A stretch of 38,175 nucleotides of DNA from Patescibacteria group bacterium (GTDB lineage Bacteria > Patescibacteriota > Minisyncoccia > Phycocordibacterales > CAIRYW01), in the NCBI GenBank assembly GCA_040390775.1, contig JAZJXR010000025.1, positions 1 through 38,175 of the forward strand, given 5' to 3'. Below the pieces are notes generated by a model. The model did not search any database. It worked only from the letters and a program-made list of their open reading frames with translations, and was not told the DNA's origin. This document shows, piece by piece, positions 18,612 through 25,911 of this stretch. The translations under genes were made by a program, and so were the position numbers. Within the stretch, counting starts at the first letter, position 1; every line of letters starts with the position of its first letter.

Positions 18612-19556
18612 ATGAAAACTAAGCCAGCTCCTACTCTATCCCCAATACAAATAGACAAAGTGAAGGCTGATCTTTTGCGCCTTAAATTCTTCTCTGAAAT
18701 GACGGCAAAATCGGACGCGGAAGGTAAAGCAATGCCCATCATGATCCGTATGATGGCTGATCTGATGAAAATGCACGAAACTCTCTTCTCCAAAATCGAC
18801 GATATCAATGAAGTGATCAAAAACAACGTCGGGCCACAGGGAGAAAAGCCGTCCGAAGAAGAGCTGCGCGCTATCATTGAACCTTTGATTGAGCAGCCAG
18901 AAGATGGCCATACTCCGACCGAAAGCGAACTACTTTCGCTCATTACGCCTCTCATTCCAGACGTAGAAGATGGATACACTCCATCGGATGAAGAACTACT
19001 CGCGCTAATAAAGCCACTTATTCCCAAGATGCCGAAGGTGGATTTGGACAGACTAGCTCTGCTCGCGGCAGAAAAGGCAAGAGGGATGATAAAGATGCTA
19101 GAGGCACCGAAGGCAACAGAAATAGACCACGAAGCGCTTGCGGGCATTGTGTTAGATAAGATCGTGAAGGGAAAGAAACTGAAAATGGAGCATCTGGTAG
19201 ATGGTATGCAGCAGACCGAAAGCGTGGCGAGGCGATTCCTAGCTAATGGAAGCAAACACGGTGGCGGAGATACTGTGGCTGCGGGTCCCGGGGTAAGCAT
19301 CGCTGATGTAAATGGCCAAAAGGTGATATCTGCTTTGGGCGCATCTGGTACGGCTGTGCGAGATGAAGTGCCGACTGGTTCGGGCACAGCATTTACCCTA
19401 GCCCACACTCCGACAGCAAACACCTTGCAGCTATTCCGTGGAGGATCGAGGCAACAGCCAGGCGCAGGAAATGATTACACAATTACGGGCGCAAATATCA
19501 CCCTCGCCGTAGCACTTGCCACGGGCGAAATTCTGCTAGCCGACTATAACTATTGA
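18612..19556 (+). CDS. Tail-associated protein with a 3x tandem peptide repeat
   Basis: 314-aa ORF upstream of the long fibre gene. It carries the repeat below and a C-terminal beta-type domain (..FTLAHTPTANTLQLFRGGSRQQPGAGNDYTITG..). Confidence 0.45.
   Translation: MKTKPAPTLSPIQIDKVKADLLRLKFFSEMTAKSDAEGKAMPIMIRMMADLMKMHETLFSKIDDINEVIKNNVGPQGEKPSEEELRAIIEPLIEQPEDGHTPTESELLSLITPLIPDVEDGYTPSDEELLALIKPLIPKMPKVDLDRLALLAAEKARGMIKMLEAPKATEIDHEALAGIVLDKIVKGKKLKMEHLVDGMQQTESVARRFLANGSKHGGGDTVAAGPGVSIADVNGQKVISALGASGTAVRDEVPTGSGTAFTLAHTPTANTLQLFRGGSRQQPGAGNDYTITGANITLAVALATGEILLADYNY
18849..19028 (+). repeat. In-frame tandem repeat, three units of about 20-24 aa
   Basis: PSEEELRAIIEPLIEQPEDGHTP / TESELLSLITPLIPDVEDGYTP / SDEELLALIKPLIPKMP. 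Confidence 0.7.
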
Positions 19557-19557
19557 T

Positions 19558-22500
19558 ATGAAAAAGATTATCAGAATCATTGCTGGACTTATCCTCATAA
19601 TCCCTGCATTCGCCGGAGCGACTGTACTTTTCCCCGTGAATGGAGGATCGGGCTGGGGCACGCCAGGAGGCATCCAGATGGGCCATCTTATCTATGGAAA
19701 TAATCTAAATCCTTTTGCTACCACATCTGGCGAAGTGACTGGCTATATATTGCAATGGAATGGGGCGATACCAGTATGGGTATCAACTACAACTCTAGGA
19801 AATCAGATATCTGGAAATTACATTACTGCTTTGACTGGCGATGTGACTGCATCTGGCCCAGGAAGCGCCGCAGCGACGCTCGCGACTGTGAATGCGAATG
19901 TGGGCTCATTTACTAATGCAAACATCACTGTGAACGGCAAGGGGCTTGTGACAGCAGCGTCGAATGGCACAGCAGGATCTACTTTCGGCCAAGCGTGGGA
20001 ACTATTCTCTGGCGCTCTCTCACCGACAACATCTGTACCGATCATCGTAAATAATTCGACAAGCACAATTACAAATCTCGTCACGGTAAATGCAAGCTCA
20101 ACCAATGCGACATCTTCGCGAGGATTCTTTGACTTCCTGCGAGTAGCTGGGACTTCTACAGCTAGCCAATTTAATGCGACATCAACCACTGCAACCTCTA
20201 CCTTTGCAAATGGTATTGAAATGAGCGGTGGCTGCTATTCCTTCCTTGGTACATGCTTGCAAACATATATCCAAAATGCGACCGCATATAAATCAGCGGC
20301 AAACTATGCGACTGCCGCAGTATTGCCGGGCACGCCATCATATAACAACGGATCAAGCGGTGTAGGCGCGACGTTGACAGAGATCGGGCTTGGCGCTCTG
20401 ACTGTGGATGGCCAAACTGTATCAGTGGGCCAAAGAATCCTCGTAAAGAATGAGGCCGATCAGACTACAAACGGTGTGTATGTAGTGACAAATGCTGGCT
20501 CTGCCCTCGCAAATTACATACTTACTCGTTCAACAGATTTTAATACTTCAAATGATGTCTATGCGGGCGTGACCGTGCCTGTGCTTGCAGGAGGTACTGC
20601 CAATGGCGACACTGCATGGGTACAGACTACGACAGGCACGATCACAATTGGCAGCTCCAATATTACCTTCATCGAATCTTCATTCGGTACGAATGTCGTA
20701 AATTCTGTCTCAAATTCTGATGGATCACTTACAATTTCCCCAACTCAAGGCGCTGTGATTGCTTCTATCGCACTCGCGCATCCAAATACATGGACTGGCT
20801 TGCAAACTATCAATAACGCTTCCACAACGGCCCTGACGGTGTCTGGCGTGGCTTCTACTACAGTATTACGCATAGATCGTTTGGCTGATGGCTGCCTCAA
20901 CATTGCAAGCGGACTCGTCGGATCGCAGGCTTGTGGTGGGTCAACTTTCGGCCAGTCATGGGAAATCGGTGGCGCTGGTGGCCCTGCAGGATTCCTTTCA
21001 CCTACTACAACGCAAAAGGTATATATCGGCCAAGCTAGCTCTACGATATTTAGCACGGCTTCTACCACTTGGCTTGCTTTGAATGGAGGCACAGTAGGTA
21101 TTGGTACTACAAGCCCAAAAGCTTTACTAGCCATAAATCCCGTCGCTGGTAATGATGACTCTTTCTACATTGGCTCTTCCACTGCTTCTATTTTCCGAAT
21201 AGGAAACAATGGTTTTGTACAATCAAATGCTAAAAATAATGCAATAAACTTTACTTCAGAAGCTGGCCAGCCACAACTTGGAGTATTTACAAATGATGCA
21301 CAAGCTGTAAACAAAGGAGGTTGCATAGGACTTGGAGGAAATATTGACAACGCTGCAATTGATCAAAGACAATTCGGAAATATTTGCGGAAGAAAATTCA
21401 ATAACGTCACAAACTCTGCGGGAGGATATTTAGCTTTTTCTACAGCAAGCGGTGTGGGAGATTCCATGGCAGAAGTAGCAAGAATGACGAATGCAGGAAA
21501 CCTAGGAGTAGGTGATACTACACCAGACTTTAGACTTGAGACTGTAGGAATTAATAACCAAGGATACTTCGGAATCACGAGTCTTACAGGTTCTGATGGT
21601 GATATATTGTTTGTAAATAATGCTGGAAATTTCGGCATAGGATCTACATCTCCATTCTCTACTCTTTCTGTTTCGACTACTACAAACTCTGATGGCACGT
21701 TTTCTCTCTTTGCTGTAGCTTCCTCTACAAACGCTTCACTCTTCAATGTCTATGGAAATGGAAATGTAGCCGTAGGTTCTACAACACCATGGGCCACATT
21801 AGCTGTGAATCCTCTACCCGATATAGCCGCGAATCAATTCGTTGTGGGATCGAGCACGGCTACCAACTTTATCGTAAAAAATGACGGGAAAGTAGGCATT
21901 GGTACTACTACTCCATTTGCCACTCTTGCTGTGAATACAATCGCGGGCGTGTCACCATTCTCTGTCGGAAGCTCTACGGGCACGTACTTCAATATCAATT
22001 CTATTGGCAACGTAGGTATCAGTGCCAATAATTATCTGAATTTCGGTGCTGCATTAGGCTCGACTGGCTATGGTTTTAGAGACAACTCTGGCTCTATAGA
22101 AGTAGCCGATTCTAGTACTACTCCTACATTCGTGCCTGTTAACGATTATCAAATGTCCGACAGAGGTTATAGAGCTTTGGGTAGCAAAATCGCTGGGGAA
22201 ACACTATATGGCAGCGTCTCTGATATGACCACTAATAACGCTTTGACAGATAATGCGGGAAGATTCTCTGCGATTTATATTCCAAAGCAAACAACGATTG
22301 TTGGATGTGAATTCTTCATGGTGACGCAAGGTAGCTATACTGCCGATCAAACAAATCAATGTGCCCTCTATTCATATTCAGGAGGTACTTTGACTCAAGT
22401 GGCGTCATCTACAAATAACGGAAACCTATGGAAAGCAGCCAATAATACATTTATAAAAGAACCTTTTGCGCTTACATATTCTGCTTCTCCTGGGTTATAT

Positions 22501-22719
22501 TTCGTGGCAACCCTCTATAACAACTCTGCTCAAGTAACAGCACCGACATTAGGCTCTTTTGCAGCATTTTTAGCTGCGAGTGTAAGCACACAAGACTTTA
22601 CAAATAGCGCTAAATTATCAGCTTCACTAGGTACCCAAAATACCCTAACTACATCAAGCGCTGCTTCAGCACTAGGTAATACTACAGCTCGTTATTGGGC
22701 TGCAGTATATAGTAATTAA
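19558..22719 (+). CDS. Long tail fibre protein (1053 aa) with an N-terminal signal-peptide-like segment
   Basis: Fibre-type motif ITALTGDVTASGPGSAAATLATVNANVGSFTNANITVNGKGLVTAASNG, many Gly/Thr/Ser repeats, and N-terminus MKKIIRIIAGLILIIPAFA/GA. Confidence 0.6.
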   Translation: MKKIIRIIAGLILIIPAFAGATVLFPVNGGSGWGTPGGIQMGHLIYGNNLNPFATTSGEVTGYILQWNGAIPVWVSTTTLGNQISGNYITALTGDVTASGPGSAAATLATVNANVGSFTNANITVNGKGLVTAASNGTAGSTFGQAWELFSGALSPTTSVPIIVNNSTSTITNLVTVNASSTNATSSRGFFDFLRVAGTSTASQFNATSTTATSTFANGIEMSGGCYSFLGTCLQTYIQNATAYKSAANYATAAVLPGTPSYNNGSSGVGATLTEIGLGALTVDGQTVSVGQRILVKNEADQTTNGVYVVTNAGSALANYILTRSTDFNTSNDVYAGVTVPVLAGGTANGDTAWVQTTTGTITIGSSNITFIESSFGTNVVNSVSNSDGSLTISPTQGAVIASIALAHPNTWTGLQTINNASTTALTVSGVASTTVLRIDRLADGCLNIASGLVGSQACGGSTFGQSWEIGGAGGPAGFLSPTTTQKVYIGQASSTIFSTASTTWLALNGGTVGIGTTSPKALLAINPVAGNDDSFYIGSSTASIFRIGNNGFVQSNAKNNAINFTSEAGQPQLGVFTNDAQAVNKGGCIGLGGNIDNAAIDQRQFGNICGRKFNNVTNSAGGYLAFSTASGVGDSMAEVARMTNAGNLGVGDTTPDFRLETVGINNQGYFGITSLTGSDGDILFVNNAGNFGIGSTSPFSTLSVSTTTNSDGTFSLFAVASSTNASLFNVYGNGNVAVGSTTPWATLAVNPLPDIAANQFVVGSSTATNFIVKNDGKVGIGTTTPFATLAVNTIAGVSPFSVGSSTGTYFNINSIGNVGISANNYLNFGAALGSTGYGFRDNSGSIEVADSSTTPTFVPVNDYQMSDRGYRALGSKIAGETLYGSVSDMTTNNALTDNAGRFSAIYIPKQTTIVGCEFFMVTQGSYTADQTNQCALYSYSGGTLTQVASSTNNGNLWKAANNTFIKEPFALTYSASPGLYFVATLYNNSAQVTAPTLGSFAAFLAASVSTQDFTNSAKLSASLGTQNTLTTSSAASALGNTTARYWAAVYSN
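21088..22030 (+). repeat. Five to six degenerate coding repeats of about 40-45 aa (core N-x-G-N-V-G-I-G-T-T-x-P-x-A-T-L-A-V-N)
   Basis: GTVGIGTTSPKALLAINP, NLGVGDTTPDFRLETVG, NFGIGSTSPFSTLSVS, NVAVGSTTPWATLAVNP, KVGIGTTTPFATLAVNT, NVGISANN. Confidence 0.65.
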
Positions 22720-22728
22720 CCAAAATAT

Positions 22729-22971
22729 ATGAACGAAAAATATGAAGCAACAGAAGATGGAAAATTGAGGTGCTACAAAGCGGAAGATGTTTCTATAAAC
22801 GATCTTTTAAATCAGAAAGAAAAATATTCTGCATCTAGGCAGCAATTTGTGGATCAATTAGCTGAACAAACAGAAACTGCAAATGCCAAAATATCTGAAT
22901 TGGATGGGCAAATAGCTAGTGTAGATATTCTGATTGAAGAAGCAAGAAAATTAGGATTGGTGAATGAATAA
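22729..22971 (+). CDS. Hypothetical coiled-coil protein (80 aa)
   Basis: ATG ORF after the fibre gene. No recognisable motif. Confidence 0.5.
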   Translation: MNEKYEATEDGKLRCYKAEDVSINDLLNQKEKYSASRQQFVDQLAEQTETANAKISELDGQIASVDILIEEARKLGLVNE

Positions 22972-23176
22972 TATGAAAGCAACACTCACTATAAGAATAG
23001 TATTGATTGTGGCCGTGATACTCGGATTCTTTGTCTATATAGGCCATGAAGCAAACAACAAAATCATTCAAAAGCGTTGTTCTGCATTTAAAACGCAGCG
23101 CGAAGCATTGAAACATTATCAATCTTCCCTCGATCGAGACAGGGATGGAAAACCATGTGAAAATTTACCAAAATGA
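22964..23176 (+). CDS. Membrane-anchored Excalibur (Ca-binding) domain protein
   Basis: N-terminal TM segment (LTIRIVLIVAVILGFFVYI) followed by CSAFKTQREALKHYQSSLDRDRDGKPCE, which matches the Excalibur C..DxDxDG..CE pattern. Confidence 0.5.
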   Translation: MNNMKATLTIRIVLIVAVILGFFVYIGHEANNKIIQKRCSAFKTQREALKHYQSSLDRDRDGKPCENLPK

Positions 23177-23436
23177 AAGGATCAAAAGGACAAATTTCGA
23201 TTTCTTTAGGATTGGCTTGGGCTGGAATTGTAGCCATCATTAGTATGATATCTTCGTATTACACTACCAATTCTTCTATCACTGACAAGGTAAATAACAG
23301 CGCCTCTGCTCTTAATGCAGAGATATCTTCTGATCGGCAAGATATAGCATCATTAAAAACTTCCATTGAATACATCAAAGATAGTCAAGCTGAAACACGT
23401 AATGATGTCAAAACTATTCTAAAAATACTCAAATGA
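23173..23436 (+). CDS. Single-TM protein with a C-terminal coiled coil (holin or lysis-accessory candidate)
   Basis: TM segment ISLGLAWAGIVAIISMISSYY. ATGA overlaps on both sides within the lysis block. Confidence 0.4.
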   Translation: MKGSKGQISISLGLAWAGIVAIISMISSYYTTNSSITDKVNNSASALNAEISSDRQDIASLKTSIEYIKDSQAETRNDVKTILKILK

Positions 23437-24359
23437 ACGAAGAATATATAAAACAAGACGGATTCGGACTGCATCCATTACCACCCAAAGCACCAAAAGA
23501 GCAGGAAGACTTCTCGCTAGCCGGGGTATTCGGCATTCCTGCCCTACCCTGCCTGCCAGAAGGCGATTTCTTCGTCTCTAGCCCTATAAAGATCAAGACG
23601 CAGGCATTGGACGACAATTGCTCTGGGTGCGCCACAGCAGCTGTTTCAGAGGATCAGGAAGGAGAAGAGCTATCGGGTGAATTCCAATTTTTCGTCACGA
23701 AGACTATCGTGCTCAAAGGATCTAAAACATGGGGCGCAGATCTGCGCTCTGCAGCACTTTCATCTGTAAACGTAGGATCGCTGCCGCAATCCATCGCTGA
23801 TATGCATCTAAAAGATCCCCACGATCGAGATGCTGTATTGAATCCCGATACTTGGCCGTGCGCCCTGTTTGAAATAGCCAAACGATATGCCAAAGGATCG
23901 ATGTTTAAAATTGACTATCCATGGGATACCTTCACAAACATCCGCGCGGCCCTATATCAGCATCGCTATGCAATCACATCAGAAAAAAACTCTATCCTGC
24001 TCGGCAGCAAATGGTATCCAGATTGGACACACGCTCCTAATGGCGTAATCCCAAAATTCTATAGCCAAGATAATGCAGGCGGGCATGCTTTCAAGTGCTT
24101 TGGCCAGAAACTCATTAACGGAGAAATATATCTAGCAATGCAATTATCAAATGGGGAAGAGATTGGCGATAAAGGAGAATTCTATTTTCCAAAGGATGTG
24201 GTAAACAAGGAATTCACGCCATACGGCCAATTCATGCTAAACGACATGCCAAAAGAAAAAGCAAAATTCCTTTCAAATAATGGCCTATCTGTAAACTCCA
24301 GCCCGATTGCAAAAGGGCTTGCACACGTTATCCACTTCTTCGATAGATTCTTTCTCTAA
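23433..24359 (+). CDS. Papain-like (C1-family-like) cysteine peptidase, endolysin candidate
   Basis: Q..NCSGCATAAV (compare papain QGSCGSCWAF), NAGGHAFKCFG (compare DHAVAAVGY), and LSNGEEIGDKGEFYF (compare NSWGxxWGxxGY). Confidence 0.45.
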   Translation: MNEEYIKQDGFGLHPLPPKAPKEQEDFSLAGVFGIPALPCLPEGDFFVSSPIKIKTQALDDNCSGCATAAVSEDQEGEELSGEFQFFVTKTIVLKGSKTWGADLRSAALSSVNVGSLPQSIADMHLKDPHDRDAVLNPDTWPCALFEIAKRYAKGSMFKIDYPWDTFTNIRAALYQHRYAITSEKNSILLGSKWYPDWTHAPNGVIPKFYSQDNAGGHAFKCFGQKLINGEIYLAMQLSNGEEIGDKGEFYFPKDVVNKEFTPYGQFMLNDMPKEKAKFLSNNGLSVNSSPIAKGLAHVIHFFDRFFL

Positions 24360-24377
24360 TGAGAGTATAATTATTTT

Positions 24378-24881
24378 ATGGAACCCGAAATCTATGAGGA
24401 TGAAGGAGATAGAGGAATTGCTGCGGGAACGTGCGCACCGATAAATCTCCAGACTTCGAATTCAATCAAACTCTATGAAGCAGCAGCAGCTGCTTTCAAT
24501 GCCGGCAGATCTCTTGTACCACCAAACTACAGCAAGATGCTTGGCTGTGCTATCTCTATCAATACTCTTTACCGAGAAACTTTCGGTCATGAGATTGGGG
24601 GAGAAGCATCGACATACCAGTTCTGGCAAGCCATAAAAAACAGCAATGATTTTATCCAAGTGCAAATACCTCTCCCCGGCGACATTATCATTTCCCCTAC
24701 TGGCACACAGCCATCACAGAGCCCACTACGGAATGGACATGTGGGTGTCGTGGCGAAATTCGGCATTCTCTCAAACAACTCCGCTAATGGACTATTCCAA
24801 GAACACTATACCCTCGGCAGCTGGGCGGATCGATATGTGAAGCTGGGTGGATTTCCGATATTTTATTTTCGCGCAGTTTAA
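24378..24881 (+). CDS. CHAP / NlpC-P60-like cysteine peptidoglycan hydrolase
   Basis: Candidate catalytic Cys in KMLGCAISIN and His in RNGHVGVVAKFG, with GDIIISP between them. Lies in the lysis-block context. Confidence 0.5.
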   Translation: MEPEIYEDEGDRGIAAGTCAPINLQTSNSIKLYEAAAAAFNAGRSLVPPNYSKMLGCAISINTLYRETFGHEIGGEASTYQFWQAIKNSNDFIQVQIPLPGDIIISPTGTQPSQSPLRNGHVGVVAKFGILSNNSANGLFQEHYTLGSWADRYVKLGGFPIFYFRAV

Positions 24882-24897
24882 TCGCTAATTTATTTCT

Positions 24898-25101
24898 ATG
24901 GAAACATATTCAACAACGCAGACAACCAATATTGCAGCATTCGCAGCGGCCATATCCCTCATCGTATCGCATCCAAATCTAAGCAATCCTGCAGACGTGC
25001 AGACACTAATCACCGCTCTCGTGATTGCTGTGACCGCAATCATCTCTTGGATCAACCGATTCAAAAAGGGCGATGTGACGGTGACTGGGCGGAGACTCTA
25101 A
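24898..25101 (+). CDS. Holin candidate (67 aa, two TM segments, basic C-terminus)
   Basis: TM segments NIAAFAAAISLIVS and LITALVIAVTAIISWI, followed by RFKKGD. Sits between two hydrolase genes. Confidence 0.45.
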   Translation: METYSTTQTTNIAAFAAAISLIVSHPNLSNPADVQTLITALVIAVTAIISWINRFKKGDVTVTGRRL

Positions 25102-25105
25102 ATAT

Positions 25106-25516
25106 TTGTCTAAAAACTTACAAAAAGGCTTGGCAAGCCTCATCGTATTGGCATCCCTCGCAAGCCCTGCGCTTGCTGTGGCAGAAGAAACGCCCACACC
25201 TCTATCAATCCCCGAACTGATATCAAAACTCGCCCTAGAGGCAAATTTGAGCCAAAGAGATGTGGCTGTGTTCAAAAAGATAGCTAGCTGTGAAAGCGGT
25301 ATGAGACAATTCGATGAAAACGGTAAACTGCTGCGCGGGCTCGTAGACGATCGAGATATCGGTATTATGCAGATCAATACCTTCTACCATGGTGCTCGGG
25401 CCAAAGAACTTGGCCTAAGCCTTTACAACAGCGAAGACAATATCCGATTCGGTGTGATGCTTTATAAAGACGGCCCAGAGAAGTTTTGGAGTGCATCCGA
25501 GCATTGCTGGGGATGA
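25106..25516 (+). CDS. Secreted lytic transglycosylase (SLT / lysozyme-like)
   Basis: TTG start. Signal peptide LASLIVLASLASPALA/VAEE. Motifs CESGMRQF..DIGIMQINTFYH resemble the catalytic Glu-Ser and GxMQ motifs of SLT domains. Confidence 0.6.
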   Translation: MSKNLQKGLASLIVLASLASPALAVAEETPTPLSIPELISKLALEANLSQRDVAVFKKIASCESGMRQFDENGKLLRGLVDDRDIGIMQINTFYHGARAKELGLSLYNSEDNIRFGVMLYKDGPEKFWSASEHCWG

Positions 25517-25517
25517 T

Positions 25518-25622
25518 ATAATCATTCTGCTGGTCAGCTCTAATTTGAACTAGAGCCAGGTAATGTGGCGGTGCAATAATCACTGGTCAACTAATAGCCT
25601 GTGGAAGTAATCACATAATCAG
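25518..25622 (+). repeat. Iteron-like TAATCA repeats (4 copies in 105 bp)
   Basis: ATAATCA at 25518-24, ATAATCAC at 25576-83, GTAATCAC at 25607-14, ATAATCAG at 25615-22. Confidence 0.45.
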
Positions 25623-25636
25623 CCACGGCCAGCTTT

Positions 25637-25645
25637 TGATATAAT
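25637..25645 (+). promoter_or_regulatory. Extended -10 promoter TGaTATAAT inside the non-coding region
   Basis: Perfect TG-n-TATAAT. No long ORF lies downstream; a hairpin and a terminator follow. Confidence 0.35.
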
Positions 25646-25651
25646 ATCTCT

Positions 25652-25720
25652 ACCCTTGCATAGGTCGAATCATGCAAAGACGACGCAAAAATATCCCGTA
25701 CTCTGGGATATTTTTGTTTT
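25652..25720 (+). ncRNA. Candidate small RNA of about 70 nt (promoter to terminator unit)
   Basis: Predicted TSS about 7 nt after the TATAAT. Hairpin 1 is TTGCAT (25656-61) / ATGCAA (25672-77). Hairpin 2 is the 12-bp terminator stem plus TTTT. Only a 16-codon ORF lies inside. Confidence 0.2.
25686..25720. terminator. Intrinsic terminator, possibly bidirectional, ending the late/lysis transcription unit
   Basis: CAAAAATATCCC gtactct GGGATATTTTTG forms a 12-bp stem with a 7-nt loop. An A tract lies 5' and TTTT lies 3'. Confidence 0.5.
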
Positions 25721-25726
25721 AGGCAC

Positions 25727-25768
25727 TGTGGATAACGAGTGGATATTACGGATGATTTTTGTGGAAAA
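25727..25768. promoter_or_regulatory. DnaA-box cluster (putative origin core)
   Basis: TGTGGATAA at 25727-35 is the perfect complement of TTATCCACA. AGTGGATAT (25738-46) and TGTGGAAAA (25760-68) share its orientation. Opposite-orientation TCATCCCCA (25830-38) and TTATCCCCT (25863-71) lie beyond an AT-rich tract. Confidence 0.5.
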
Positions 25769-25839
25769 AGCTGTTGGTAAACTGTGATTAAAAAGTAGAT
25801 AACTTGTCCTAAAATTAAAAAGGTCAAAATCATCCCCAG

Positions 25840-25852
25840 ATCTGTCACAGAT
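25840..25852. promoter_or_regulatory. Palindrome ATCTGT-c-ACAGAT (operator candidate)
   Basis: 6+1+6 perfect inverted repeat about 55-70 nt upstream of the first early gene. Confidence 0.3.
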
Positions 25853-25875
25853 TATTAGTAAGTTATCCCCTGTTT

Positions 25876-25911
25876 TTGACATTTGACTTATATACATCAT
25901 TAAATTATGAT
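25876..25911 (+). promoter_or_regulatory. Early promoter candidate (tandem TTGAC motifs)
   Basis: TTGACA at 25876-81 and TTGACT at 25883-88. TTGACT, a 17-nt spacer, then TATGAT (25906-11). This would favour ATG 25922 as the start codon. Confidence 0.35.

Noticed and set aside
18599-19423. 274-aa ORF on the minus strand, with similar long antisense ORFs at 34744..35454, 3743..4195, 20745..21134 and 21363..21746.
   Set aside because: Each lies entirely antisense to a + strand gene that has recognisable motifs or repeats. Their products are low-complexity Ser/Ala/Pro-rich mirror translations. Every convincing gene in the window is on the + strand.
25672-25722. 16-codon ORF (MQRRRKNIPYSGIFLF) between the extended -10 promoter and the terminator.
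   Set aside because: It is too short, has no SD, and its 3' half is the terminator stem itself. It is treated as part of the candidate small RNA rather than as a peptide gene.
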